The notes under the pieces: model-generated
What the model saw: the letters and a program-made list of their open reading frames with translations, nothing else
What the model was told of the DNA's origin: nothing
The model's database searches: none
Shown: positions 1-10,000 of the stretch, piece by piece
Layout of the letters: each line of letters opens with the position of its first letter
Numbering within the stretch: the stretch's first letter is position 1
Translations under genes and position numbers: made by a program
Assembly: GCA_020635175.1 (NCBI GenBank)
Contig: JACKAH010000004.1
Span: 51,995-115,994 of the forward strand
Direction of reading: 5' to 3'
DNA length: 64,000 nt
Source of the DNA: Deltaproteobacteria bacterium
Lineage (GTDB): Bacteria; Bdellovibrionota_C; UBA2361; J135

Positions 1-1355
1 CTTTCAGTCTCACGATTAGGAGAAGCGACCGAACCAGTATCCAGATGATCTCTGCCAATTACGATTGGAGCTCTTACCTTTTTATTTTTCACGAGCCAAT
101 TAAATCTAGCTCCCATCTCAGCTCTCTCGCCATATTCGAACCAACAGATTCTGGAAGGTAAGCCTTGAAAGTGAACTTTCTCAGAAGCTTTCTTGATCCA
201 GCGAGCCAACGATTCATTTTCAGGGAATGTTTCTAATACTGCTTTATCGGTAACAGCGATATCTTCAGGATCTCCTGAAAGAGCAGCCCATCTGAATGGA
301 CCAGAGCCACGACAGAAAAGTGGTCTTATAAACAGCGGCACAAATCCTTGAAAGTCAAACGCCTCTGTCATTCCACGTAGATCTGCGACCTGCCCGCGCA
401 GGTTATTTCCATAATCAAAAGTGACAGCACCTCGTCCCTGCATCTCGAGCATTGCTGCTACATGCTGCTGCATAGAATCAAGCACTAATTCATCATATCG
501 CTCCGGAGCATGCTCTCTTAGTTCCGAAGCCTCAGATAAGCTTAATCCTACTGGGATATAGCCGGTTCTTAAATCATGAGCGGAAGTTTGATCTGTTAAT
601 ACATCAGGAATGACTGAACGATCGATCATTGACGGAAGTACTTCAGCAATATTTCCAACCAGACCAACTGATAAAGCTTCTTTCTTATCCTTTGCATTTA
701 GAACAAGCTCTAACGCTTTATCTAAATCATATTCTATCTGATCAATGTAACCAGTACTTAGTCTTTTCTGAATTCTAGATTCATCAACATCGATCCCTAG
801 AAAAGCTGCTCCATTCATTGTCGCGGCAAGTGGTTGAGCACCGCCCATACCACCTAGTCCACCAGTTACTAACAGCCTACCTGCTAACGTTCCGCCAAAG
901 TGTTGCCGAGCACACTCAGCAAAAGTTTCATAGGTCCCTTGTAAAATCCCTTGAGTTCCAATGTAGATCCAAGAGCCTGCAGTCATTTGACCATACATGG
1001 TCAATCCTAGAGCTTCTAATTTTCTAAATTGATCCCAGTTTGCCCACTTCGGAACTAAATGAGAGTTAGCAATCAACACACGTGGCGATTCTTCATGTGT
1101 CTTAAAAACGCCAACGGGCTTACCTGATTGAACTAAGAGAGTTTCATCGTTTTCAAGTCGCTTAAGGGTAGAAACGATCGCATTAAAGCATTCCCAGTTC
1201 CTCGCAGCTTTACCTGTTCCACCATAGACAACCAGTTCGTCTGGTCGCTCAGCTACTTCTGGATCAAGATTGTTCATCAACATGCGCATGGCAGCTTCCT
1301 GATGCCAGCCTTTGCAGCTAAGCTCAGTTCCAATCGGGGCTTTTATTTTTTTCAT
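1..1355 (-). CDS. hutU: Urocanate hydratase (urocanase); N-terminal ~451 codons, C-terminus lies beyond the window start
   Basis: Absent from the ORF track because it runs off the window edge. The reverse complement from ATG 1355..1353 reads [57 protein letters not shown]...[20 protein letters not shown]...[29 protein letters not shown], which is typical urocanase sequence. The frame stays open to position 1. Confidence 0.9.
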   Translation of the reverse strand, partial: MKKIKAPIGTELSCKGWHQEAAMRMLMNNLDPEVAERPDELVVYGGTGKAARNWECFNAIVSTLKRLENDETLLVQSGKPVGVFKTHEESPRVLIANSHLVPKWANWDQFRKLEALGLTMYGQMTAGSWIYIGTQGILQGTYETFAECARQHFGGTLAGRLLVTGGLGGMGGAQPLAATMNGAAFLGIDVDESRIQKRLSTGYIDQIEYDLDKALELVLNAKDKKEALSVGLVGNIAEVLPSMIDRSVIPDVLTDQTSAHDLRTGYIPVGLSLSEASELREHAPERYDELVLDSMQQHVAAMLEMQGRGAVTFDYGNNLRGQVADLRGMTEAFDFQGFVPLFIRPLFCRGSGPFRWAALSGDPEDIAVTDKAVLETFPENESLARWIKKASEKVHFQGLPSRICWFEYGERAEMGARFNWLVKNKKVRAPIVIGRDHLDTGSVASPNRETE

Positions 1356-1360
1356 ATTTT

Positions 1361-3166
1361 TTAGGCAGCTTTACGAGTCTTGAATAAAGAGGTTACCTTT
1401 TCAAAGGGTCTATTCTGACTATAAATCATAGACTCCACCTCTTTAAAGTCAAGCTCTTCTTGATCTGCATTTAGAAGTGTTACGTTCAAGAACAAGCGAC
1501 GCTTTCTCATCCCTATTCCGATCCGTTCCTTACTTAAACTTAGCGAGCCTTTTAACTCTGCATCAATCGCTAACAACGGAAGCTCGCGCTTGAAGGCAAG
1601 CTTTCCTAATAGATGCATATCGTGATCCTGATCAAATGCGATAACTCCTGTATCGCTATAACGAGGAGTCCTGTCTCTAACGATATCACCAAATTGATCT
1701 AACAACTCAATAAACAAACTGTACCCTTTTGAGCCATCTGATCTAATTGCCAAATCGTACTCAAGAGAAACTGTGTCTCCTTGATCAATAAGCCGACATG
1801 CTACAATCTTTGATTGTTCTGATACAGCTGATGATTCCGTAAGGCTTTTCGCCTTCTCTAACTCAAGTTTTAATGGATGCACCATACCGCAGAGCAGGTC
1901 TTTTTTTGAGTTTAGAACTAAGACCTCACAGAAAAACTGATCAGAATCCTGCTCTCTTAGCAATTTACTATTTGGGATCTCAAACTTCAGCTCATGCATC
2001 TCACTTACAGGACTGGCAGGTCGTTTCTGGATAAAGCTGCAGAATCTACCTGACTCATCAGTCAGAGTACTATCGGTAGAATGAACCGGCTTTCCATCTT
2101 GCTGCAGAATTCGACACTCAACTAACACATCCGATTCATCATGGGCCTGAAGGGACAAATCAAAATCAACATTAATAATATCTGTCTCAGCTTCGACATC
2201 AATTCTGGTAAAGCCATCACCTGACACAAAGTCCTGCTTCCACATACCTAAAGCCTGTGGAGCCGTCATTGGAAGAATTGATTTATGTTCTGGAACGCTA
2301 AGTGGCCTAGAAACGATATCACCACATAATAGCTCACCCGAAGCAGCATAGAGACCAATTTGAAGCTCTAGACAGTGAGCTCCTGGTTCCAGATCAAGCG
2401 CCTGCCAAGGCAGAAATAATTTAGCAGTATCTATAATCTGATTATTTGAATGCGGCTGTATCGGAAGTAACGCAGTCGCTCTAAAATTTTGATCGGTATC
2501 AACAACCGAGTCATCAACCCAGGTATCCCATGCTCGGTGCACTCGCACACCACGTCCATACTCACTGACAAACAGTTTCAGCCATAGCTGCTTGCCGAGT
2601 TGCTGAGAGATATGAAGTCCTGTTACTAGTTCAATCCCCTCAATCCCAGATTCTACGTGATCAAAATTAATGTGTACGCCAAACATAGATGCAATTGCAT
2701 TGGACTGCGACCTTCTACGTTCATTTTCAAGACAGATTAAACTAAGCTTGCGCTGTAAGTACCATCTCACAAGCTCTTTCAGGTCAATAATCACCTGTCT
2801 CGTTGGAAATTTAGGATCAAGTAATTCAATATGATTTACTGATTGAAGTGGTCCACGAGTAACAATACCATTTAGCTTAAAACGAATATTATCCAAAAGC
2901 ACGTCAAGCAATCTAACTATTGCTGGGCCCGCACAAAGTTTTTCTAAGAATCGATGTTTTGCTTCATGTAAATTCTGAAGACCTGTTTCGTATTGAAGAA
3001 GTGATTGAATAAGTCGGTAGGCATCTTTACCAACTAAGATATCTGACTCTTGAGTTTTGTCCTCAAGTTGCAAAATTTCATCCTCAAGATTTGAGGTGAA
3101 CTCTAAAAATGTGAGACCCGAATCTCTATTCTCACCAAAATTTTCGATAACTGCTACGTTATCCAT
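1361..3166 (-). CDS. Hypothetical protein, 601 aa, no family recognised
   Basis: Long uninterrupted ORF. Its stop lies 5 nt before the hutU ATG and its start 20 nt after the GT2 gene stop, so it is probably co-transcribed with both. No signal peptide, TM segment or motif that I recognise. Confidence 0.6.
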   Translation of the reverse strand: MDNVAVIENFGENRDSGLTFLEFTSNLEDEILQLEDKTQESDILVGKDAYRLIQSLLQYETGLQNLHEAKHRFLEKLCAGPAIVRLLDVLLDNIRFKLNGIVTRGPLQSVNHIELLDPKFPTRQVIIDLKELVRWYLQRKLSLICLENERRRSQSNAIASMFGVHINFDHVESGIEGIELVTGLHISQQLGKQLWLKLFVSEYGRGVRVHRAWDTWVDDSVVDTDQNFRATALLPIQPHSNNQIIDTAKLFLPWQALDLEPGAHCLELQIGLYAASGELLCGDIVSRPLSVPEHKSILPMTAPQALGMWKQDFVSGDGFTRIDVEAETDIINVDFDLSLQAHDESDVLVECRILQQDGKPVHSTDSTLTDESGRFCSFIQKRPASPVSEMHELKFEIPNSKLLREQDSDQFFCEVLVLNSKKDLLCGMVHPLKLELEKAKSLTESSAVSEQSKIVACRLIDQGDTVSLEYDLAIRSDGSKGYSLFIELLDQFGDIVRDRTPRYSDTGVIAFDQDHDMHLLGKLAFKRELPLLAIDAELKGSLSLSKERIGIGMRKRRLFLNVTLLNADQEELDFKEVESMIYSQNRPFEKVTSLFKTRKAA

Positions 3167-3186
3167 CTAAGTACAACTTAAATAAA

Positions 3187-4092
3187 TTATAGATTTGGAA
3201 TTAACTTCTGAAAGAGCGGTTCTAGAGAAGCCTGCAGCTCCTTAAACTGCATTTCTGCATTACTGAGATACAGCCTAGATGTATCAAAAATCGAACAATA
3301 TAACAAACTTAGGGAATCGTTTCTTTTACTAGCCCCCTTCTCTAATATTTCTGCTCGCTTAGCTATCCAAGAAAGAGATTCTCTCATCCTAACCGCACTT
3401 AAATTCTCAGTAAGTACGAGCTTTAAAAGTGAGTATAACCGAAACTTATCAAGAGCAGCTGTAGATTTAGAAAGCTGATCGGGATGCCCTCCATACTTTT
3501 CAACTAATGGGCCAGGCACCAAACCAATTGCATATTTATTAGTTACACGAAGCCAAAGATCGTAGTCTTCGCAAACTCGCATTCGTTCATCATAGAAACC
3601 CAGCTCTTGATAGATTGAGCTATGAATAAGTACAGAGGATGAACTAATGCAGCATAATTCGAGTGATTTAGAGAAAGCATCACCTACTGGCATTAAGTGA
3701 CGTCTTCTCGGATTAAACAATTTTTCATTTCGAAACCAACGCTCTTCACACTGAGAAAGGAGATACTGAGGATGTGCACTATGATACTCAATCTGCTGCA
3801 ATAACTTATTTGGCAACCAACAATCATCTGAATCAAGTAGGGCAATCCAAGTTCCTGTAGCAGTTGTTAGAGCGCAATTTCTTGCTGCTGCTACTCCACT
3901 ATTCTGAGCCAAAGAGAGGAATCGGTGCCCAGAAGATTCTACAGTTTTCTGTATCTCTGAGAGATCATCTGTTGAGCCGTCATCAACAACTATTAATTCA
4001 AAATCTTGATATGATTGCTCAAGCACTGAGGAAACAGCACGCTTGAGCATCTGAGCTCTATTAAAAACAGGAATTATTACAGATACATTCAT
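3187..4092 (-). CDS. Glycosyltransferase family 2 (GT-A fold)
   Basis: The N-terminus VSVIIPVFNRAQMLKRAVSSVLEQSYQDFELIVVDDGSTD and the later LLDSDD (DXD-type) motif are typical of GT2 enzymes. Confidence 0.85.
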   Translation of the reverse strand: MNVSVIIPVFNRAQMLKRAVSSVLEQSYQDFELIVVDDGSTDDLSEIQKTVESSGHRFLSLAQNSGVAAARNCALTTATGTWIALLDSDDCWLPNKLLQQIEYHSAHPQYLLSQCEERWFRNEKLFNPRRRHLMPVGDAFSKSLELCCISSSSVLIHSSIYQELGFYDERMRVCEDYDLWLRVTNKYAIGLVPGPLVEKYGGHPDQLSKSTAALDKFRLYSLLKLVLTENLSAVRMRESLSWIAKRAEILEKGASKRNDSLSLLYCSIFDTSRLYLSNAEMQFKELQASLEPLFQKLIPNL

Positions 4093-4291
4093 CTTATCAG
4101 TAGATTATGTTATAGCTACTAACAAAATCAATCATAGAGGACTTTATGGAACTAGATGGAGTTCAAAGCCTTTCATCTTACATCTCTCAACTGTTAGTCC
4201 ACGTTTTGTAACCTCTGCAATAACAGCCTGCGGTACGACTGGAATCGAATATATAAACTGTCCTCTGACTGGTGGCCCTCAAGGAGCTGAG

Positions 4292-4534
4292 GTGAAATTA
4301 ATGGGTCACTTAATGGTGTTTAATGGACTTGTAGGAATTAGCTCTGCGATAGCGCTTCATACAGAGTATTTTGACGTAAGCCTTGGTGACAGTTCTCAAT
4401 CTGATTTCTTTGATTTTCTTAACTCTGGTGCAGGTGGAACAAAACAGTGGGACTTAACAGCTTCTAAAGGAATAAAAGACGGCATCTGGAACCAAGGGTT
4501 CTTAATTCCTCATGCAGTAATTGATGTAATTTGA
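4292..4534 (+). CDS. Doubtful small ORF (80 aa), unknown function
   Basis: GTG start with AAGGAG (4281-4286) 5 nt upstream. No similarity recognised. The frame stays open far upstream without a canonical start codon. It lies in a 691-nt gene-poor gap. Confidence 0.25.
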   Translation: MKLMGHLMVFNGLVGISSAIALHTEYFDVSLGDSSQSDFFDFLNSGAGGTKQWDLTASKGIKDGIWNQGFLIPHAVIDVI

Positions 4535-4783
4535 AGAATACCGTAAAAGAATCGCTGCAAAGCTGCATTGATGTTTTACCAAAAAATCTTGCGAATTCTG
4601 CACTCTGCCAGATCAATGCTGAGATGTTTAACTAAACATATGCAATCATTGCCTTTTTAGCTTTCTTCGGCGGCTGAGCGGGCATGACAAACAGTTGCAG
4701 TTCAGATCGATTGTAGCTATGCTCTTACTCTCAAGACATTTGTGTAAACTATTAATATTGCAATCAATCTAAAGGATCTCGAG

Positions 4784-6082
4784 ATGGCGAAAGAGATTAA
4801 GATGCCTCAACTTAGCGACACCATGGATAAGGGTAAAATCCTTGCCTGGCAAAAAAATGAAGGTGATGCAGTTGAGCGTGGTGACATCCTAGCTGAGGTC
4901 GAAACGGACAAAGCCAACCTCGAAATTGAGTCATTTGATGCTGGAACGCTTCTACAAATTAGAACACCTGCGGGACAAGAAGCATCAGTTGGTGAAATTA
5001 TCGCTGTAATCGGAGAGCCGGGCGAAGCGATTCCTGATTCTGCACCGGCAAAAAACGGAACTGCACCAAAGATAAATCAAACTGCTGAAACCACATCTAC
5101 CCCTGCCTCCCCTGAGCCAGTTCAACAGACTCCCACACTGCAGACACCAAGCCCTAGTGCACACATGACTGAGGGGCGCATAATCGCATCTCCACTTGCT
5201 AAAAAAATAGCCCGAGAACGCAACATAGAGTTAAACCAGATCAGAGGCACTGGTCCAAACGGAAGGATTATTAAGCGTGATGTTGAGGCCGCGACTGAAC
5301 TTAAGAACCAGACTGCGATTCAACAACCTGCACCTCAGCCAACTCAGTCTGCTGCAACAACTGAATATACAAAACCTCAAACACAGATCACGCCAGCAGA
5401 AGGCGGAACCATTACCCCACTCTCTAAAATGCGCGAGACGATCGCTAAGCGCATGCAGCAAAGCGTTAATGAATCACCACACTTTTATACCACTGCCTGC
5501 ATTAACATGATGGAGGTTAAGAGAACTAGAGAAGCCCTTAAAGAAACACCCGGATATGAAGGTGTAAGTTACAACCACTTTATCCTTAAAGCTGCAGCCT
5601 ATGCGATAGAACGTGAACCTAGAGTTAACAATGCAATGCGCGAAGGCATGCTCTATACGCCAAATGGCATCAACATAGGAATTATCACCGCATTGAACGA
5701 AGGACTATTAATTCCTGTGCTACATAATGCAAATAAACTTTCTCTCAAAGATGTAGTCTTTGAGGCACGTGCATTGGTAGATAGAGCGAGAGCTGGCAGA
5801 CCAAACGCAACTGACCTAACAGGTGGCACATTCAGCATCTCAAACATGGGAATGTTTGACGTAGACAGTTTTACGGCGATCATTAACCCAGGACAGGGAT
5901 CGGTATTGGCGGTTAGTGCTATCAAAGAAGAGCCAGTCGTAATGAACGGGTTAGTAGTTCCTGGTTTAACCATGAAGGCTACTATCTCAGTAGATCACAG
6001 AATTATTGATGGAATCATGTCGGGTAATTTCTTAAAGCACTTCAAGCAGGCTTTAGAAACTCCAGCGCTTTTGATGGTGTAG
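4784..6082 (+). CDS. Dihydrolipoamide acyltransferase, E2 component of a 2-oxo-acid (pyruvate-type) dehydrogenase complex
   Basis: Single lipoyl domain with the VETDKA lipoyl-lysine motif. Ala/Pro/Gln-rich linkers. Peripheral-subunit-binding domain ASPLAKKIARERNIELNQIRGTGPNGRIIKRDV. Catalytic DHRIIDG near the C-terminus. Confidence 0.9.
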   Translation: MAKEIKMPQLSDTMDKGKILAWQKNEGDAVERGDILAEVETDKANLEIESFDAGTLLQIRTPAGQEASVGEIIAVIGEPGEAIPDSAPAKNGTAPKINQTAETTSTPASPEPVQQTPTLQTPSPSAHMTEGRIIASPLAKKIARERNIELNQIRGTGPNGRIIKRDVEAATELKNQTAIQQPAPQPTQSAATTEYTKPQTQITPAEGGTITPLSKMRETIAKRMQQSVNESPHFYTTACINMMEVKRTREALKETPGYEGVSYNHFILKAAAYAIEREPRVNNAMREGMLYTPNGINIGIITALNEGLLIPVLHNANKLSLKDVVFEARALVDRARAGRPNATDLTGGTFSISNMGMFDVDSFTAIINPGQGSVLAVSAIKEEPVVMNGLVVPGLTMKATISVDHRIIDGIMSGNFLKHFKQALETPALLMV

Positions 6083-6085
6083 TTA

Positions 6086-6997
6086 ATGCAAAACGAAAAC
6101 TCAGATCCACAGCTAGTAAGTTTATCAAGGAAGAAGAAGACCAGAGTACCAAAGCCCCCGTGGCTCAAGGTTAAAGCTCCAGGCTCGCCTGAATTCATAG
6201 AGACGCAGAAATTAGTAAAAGATCTGAAACTTCATACCGTCTGCGAGGAGGCTCGTTGTCCAAATATTGGGGAATGCTGGACTCACCACACAGCTACATT
6301 TATGATTATGGGATATCTCTGCACACGTAGGTGTAATTTCTGCTCTGTTAAAAAAGGTACCGATGATACTCTGCAACCACTCGACCCACTTGAGCCATAT
6401 CGTATTGGAATTGCGGTTCAAAAACTTGGCTTAAAACATGTAGTTGTTACATCAGTAGATAGAGATGACCTTGAAGATTTTGGGGCCAACCACTGGGCAA
6501 GTACCGTAAGATCAATTCAAAAACACGCACCTGGATGTAAGGTAGAACTATTAATTGGCGATATGGCAGGAAGCAAAGAACGGCTTACTACTATTATGGA
6601 TTCGGGGGTAGATATCCTAAACCACAACATCGAGACCGTTCCAAGACTTTACCGCAAGGTTAGACCATATTCTGGATATATTCGCTCCTTGATGATTCTA
6701 AGTTGGGCAAAGGAGATGTCTCCCAAATCCCTTACTAAGTGTGGAATCATGGTTGGACTGGGAGAGACACCAGATGAGGTTATTCAAGTCATGAAAGATC
6801 TTCGCTATCACAACGTTGATATTATGACGATTGGACAATATCTCCGACCATCAGATACCCAAATGCCTGTTAAAGAATTCATCACACCTGAGCAATTTAA
6901 CAAGTATCAAGAGATTGGACTTAGTCTAGGATTTAAATTTGTAGAGTCTGGGCCTCTTGTTCGTAGCTCATACCACGCATGGAAGCACTCTGAGTAA
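6086..6997 (+). CDS. lipA: Lipoyl synthase
   Basis: Radical-SAM motif CTRRCNFC (CxxxCxxC), auxiliary-cluster motif CEEARCPNIGEC, and C-terminal SGPLVRSSYHA. Confidence 0.93.
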   Translation: MQNENSDPQLVSLSRKKKTRVPKPPWLKVKAPGSPEFIETQKLVKDLKLHTVCEEARCPNIGECWTHHTATFMIMGYLCTRRCNFCSVKKGTDDTLQPLDPLEPYRIGIAVQKLGLKHVVVTSVDRDDLEDFGANHWASTVRSIQKHAPGCKVELLIGDMAGSKERLTTIMDSGVDILNHNIETVPRLYRKVRPYSGYIRSLMILSWAKEMSPKSLTKCGIMVGLGETPDEVIQVMKDLRYHNVDIMTIGQYLRPSDTQMPVKEFITPEQFNKYQEIGLSLGFKFVESGPLVRSSYHAWKHSE

Positions 6998-7043
6998 GAC
7001 CTGCATGTCATACCAGCGAGTGTCCCTTAGAATTTAACTAACA

Positions 7044-10000
7044 ATGAGAATTAAGGGATTAAAACTTGTCAAATTAAGTCTGATTACTGGGATAGTGATT
7101 GGATTACTCATGCTTGCAGCAGAGAAGATTCTAACTTACCACTTAGGATCAATGCTGAATGACATGGTTGCAGAGTCAACTGGCTGTGAGTTTGAAGCGG
7201 ACTCCCTTTCCATCTCCTATTCAACCCTATCTGCAATTGCCAAAGAAGCTGGAATCAAATGTGGAGAAGAAAAACCTCTTCATTTTAAAAGGTTGCGAGC
7301 TTATTTCGATCTACGCAGAATTAACAAAAAAATAATAGATCTTACTGAGATCAAACTTGTAGATGGTCATGCAGCTGGTGCAGGACCGCGCAGTGCGACA
7401 TATAAGTTCATTGATTATCTAGCAGCTCCTATTTCTCCTGAAAAAGATACTCCTGATAGATACAAAATCAAACTACAAAGCCTAGTAGTCCAAAACACAA
7501 CTATTGAAGAACCGTTAGAAGACTCAATCATAAAAGCCGAAGGGTTTGGGTTACAGCTCGAAAGAAATAAAAATGACAACTTCAGTTTAAAACCGACAAT
7601 TGAAAAGCTCTCATTGATACCTCGCGACAAAGCTCAGAAACCGTTCTTACTCGGGGAGCTAAATGCAATTCTGACCCTACTCAGCAAGAAAGCTGACATC
7701 TCAGAACTAACTCTCTCTAACCCTCCCTCTAAGCTAAAAGTAAAAACAAACATTGATTATGAAAATGAACTTGCATTATCAGGCGGGGGACAGATTGTTG
7801 CCGATTCAAAAACTGCAGGATTGCCAGATTGGCTAACATTTTCTTTAAGCGGAGAAACGAAGCTCTCTGGCGAGCTAGATCAACCAAATTTCTCAGGAAA
7901 CTATCATTTAAGCCCCGATCGCACACTCTCCATAGGGAGTGATCAAGCGGCACCTATTCTAACAATTGAAAAGCTAAAGGGATCTTACAATTTCTCTCTT
8001 GGAAAAACTGGACCAAAGTTTTCCACTGATTTTTCTGGAGAAGACGAGAGAAGCTCAATTAGTTCGATTAAGTCACTAGCGATTGATGGTGATGATATTT
8101 CGGGAAGCTTAAGACTTGAAGCGAAAGAAATAGTACTCGGAGATACCGTCTTAAAGGGCGCCTCTTCCTTGATAACGCTTTCCGGAAAATTAGACGAGCT
8201 ACAGGCTGACATAGATGGAAGTGTTGAGAAGGTTACTTTGTATGAAAGATACATCTCCCCTCTAACCTTTCGATTTAAAAGCAATGAGCAAGGATTTGAT
8301 ATTGCGCTGCATCACGAGACACCTGAAACAGGCCTTATCGATGCGAAGGGAAAGCTGGTTAGTGATAGTTCTCAAAACTATTCGATTGAATCTTTAGACT
8401 TTATCTTTGATCATTTAAACATTGCTCACGCTGCGCAGATCTCTGATTTAAAACGTTCTAACTTTATCATCAACGGCTCAGGGGGGCTTTCCGGACCATT
8501 AAATCTATCGGGTCTGGCTGGGAAACTGAAGCTTGAGATAAGCTCCGAAGATTTTGGTGAAAAAGGAACCTTACGTGGCTCAGCAACAATTAAGAACGGT
8601 ATTTTTACAGCAAACTTAAAGAACCAAGCTGAGACCATAAAAGCAACTTTAAACTCGGATGCTAAAAAAGGGCAAAACACAATTGAACTTGCCCTGAATA
8701 ATTTCTTACTGCAAGAATACAACCAGGACGCTGGATGCCTACAACTGGATGGCGATTTCAACTATCGCTATAAAGTTTCGAATTCTAAGACCGGAAATGG
8801 AAGCATTGATCTACGAAAGCTTTCGCTTGGATGTTTGCCTCATGAAATCCATCTTACTAAGCCTCAAAAATTGCAGATCAAGAAAGGAGTTTTAGAACTT
8901 CCAACTTTTACCTTTGCTGGAACTGACACCTCTTTAACTTTAAAAGGAACTGTTTCAAGAACTGTTGGTTACAACCTAAGCGCGGAAGGCGATCTTTACC
9001 TCAATTCTCTGCTACCTCTAATGCCAGCTTTGGATGATATTCAGGGCAAGATGCGCTCAGCTTTTCACTTATCAGGACCAATAGATAAGCCAAGAGCCAC
9101 AGGAACGGCTTCTATTATAAATGGAGAAGTCGCAATTGCTTCTGTAGATGTTACAGCGGAAAACATTAATGGCTCCCTAAAACTAGAAGAGGGCAATATT
9201 GAGGTTAAGAACCTAAATGGAATCCTCAACAATGGAACAATTTCAATTAACGGTGAAGTAAACGCTCTACTTGATGAACCATCCAAACTGACAATTAAGT
9301 TCAAAGATTCTGAAATTTATCCACTTGATCAGGCACTGCTCGTTTTGTCTGGAGAGATTGAATTAGTTAAAAATCCAGCCGAAAATTTTATTCTTTCTGG
9401 CATTATAGATGTCGAACGTGGAGAGCTGGAGAGAAACATCAACCTTAGGACAATAATAACTGCTCTAACTGACCAACTATATAAAACTGTAGCTGGATCT
9501 CCAAAGATCTTCTCATCAAGTTCTGAAAGCCTTAAACAGGTTGAATTAGATGTTGAGGTGAAAGCAGCTAGAAATATCTTTCTGATAACAAACTGGGCAG
9601 AAGCTGAGCTCAATGGTGATTTCTTTTTACATGGCAGCTTAGCTGAACCAATTGTAAAAGGTCAGCTTAGAACATTAAATGGAACATTTGGCCTAAGGGA
9701 GAGGAAATTTAGCATCTCCTCTGGTTCACTTTTTATAACACCAGAGCAAGAAGATCCATTTGTTGAATTAATTGCTGAGACACAAGTCCCTTCACCAGAG
9801 GGTGAGAATATCTTGATTATAATGGAGCTAAGAGGTCCATTAACTAATCCAGATCTTGAGCTCAGTTCAGATTACGCACTTTCAGAAAAAGAACTTATCT
9901 CGTTAATTACTTCGTCAGGCCTAGAGGTCTCAAATTCTGTAATTGATGACTTAACTTTTGCTCTTAAGCAAACAAACCTACTTCCCTCCTCTGGAAATAC

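Noticed and set aside
818-1027. Short ORFs on the strand opposite to well-supported genes. Examples are 818-1027, 3864-4046, 5231-5461, 5277-5510, 5653-5973, 7415-12133 (many), 17403-17723, 18622-19656, 24038-24529, 28971-31716, 40095-41850, 44106-46812, 56298-56747, 57039-57374, 58720-58971, 59683-59931, 60170-60580 and 62409-63336.
   Set aside because: All lie inside, and antisense or out of frame to, long ORFs with clear family signatures. Their products are low-complexity or unrecognisable. They are typical shadow ORFs.
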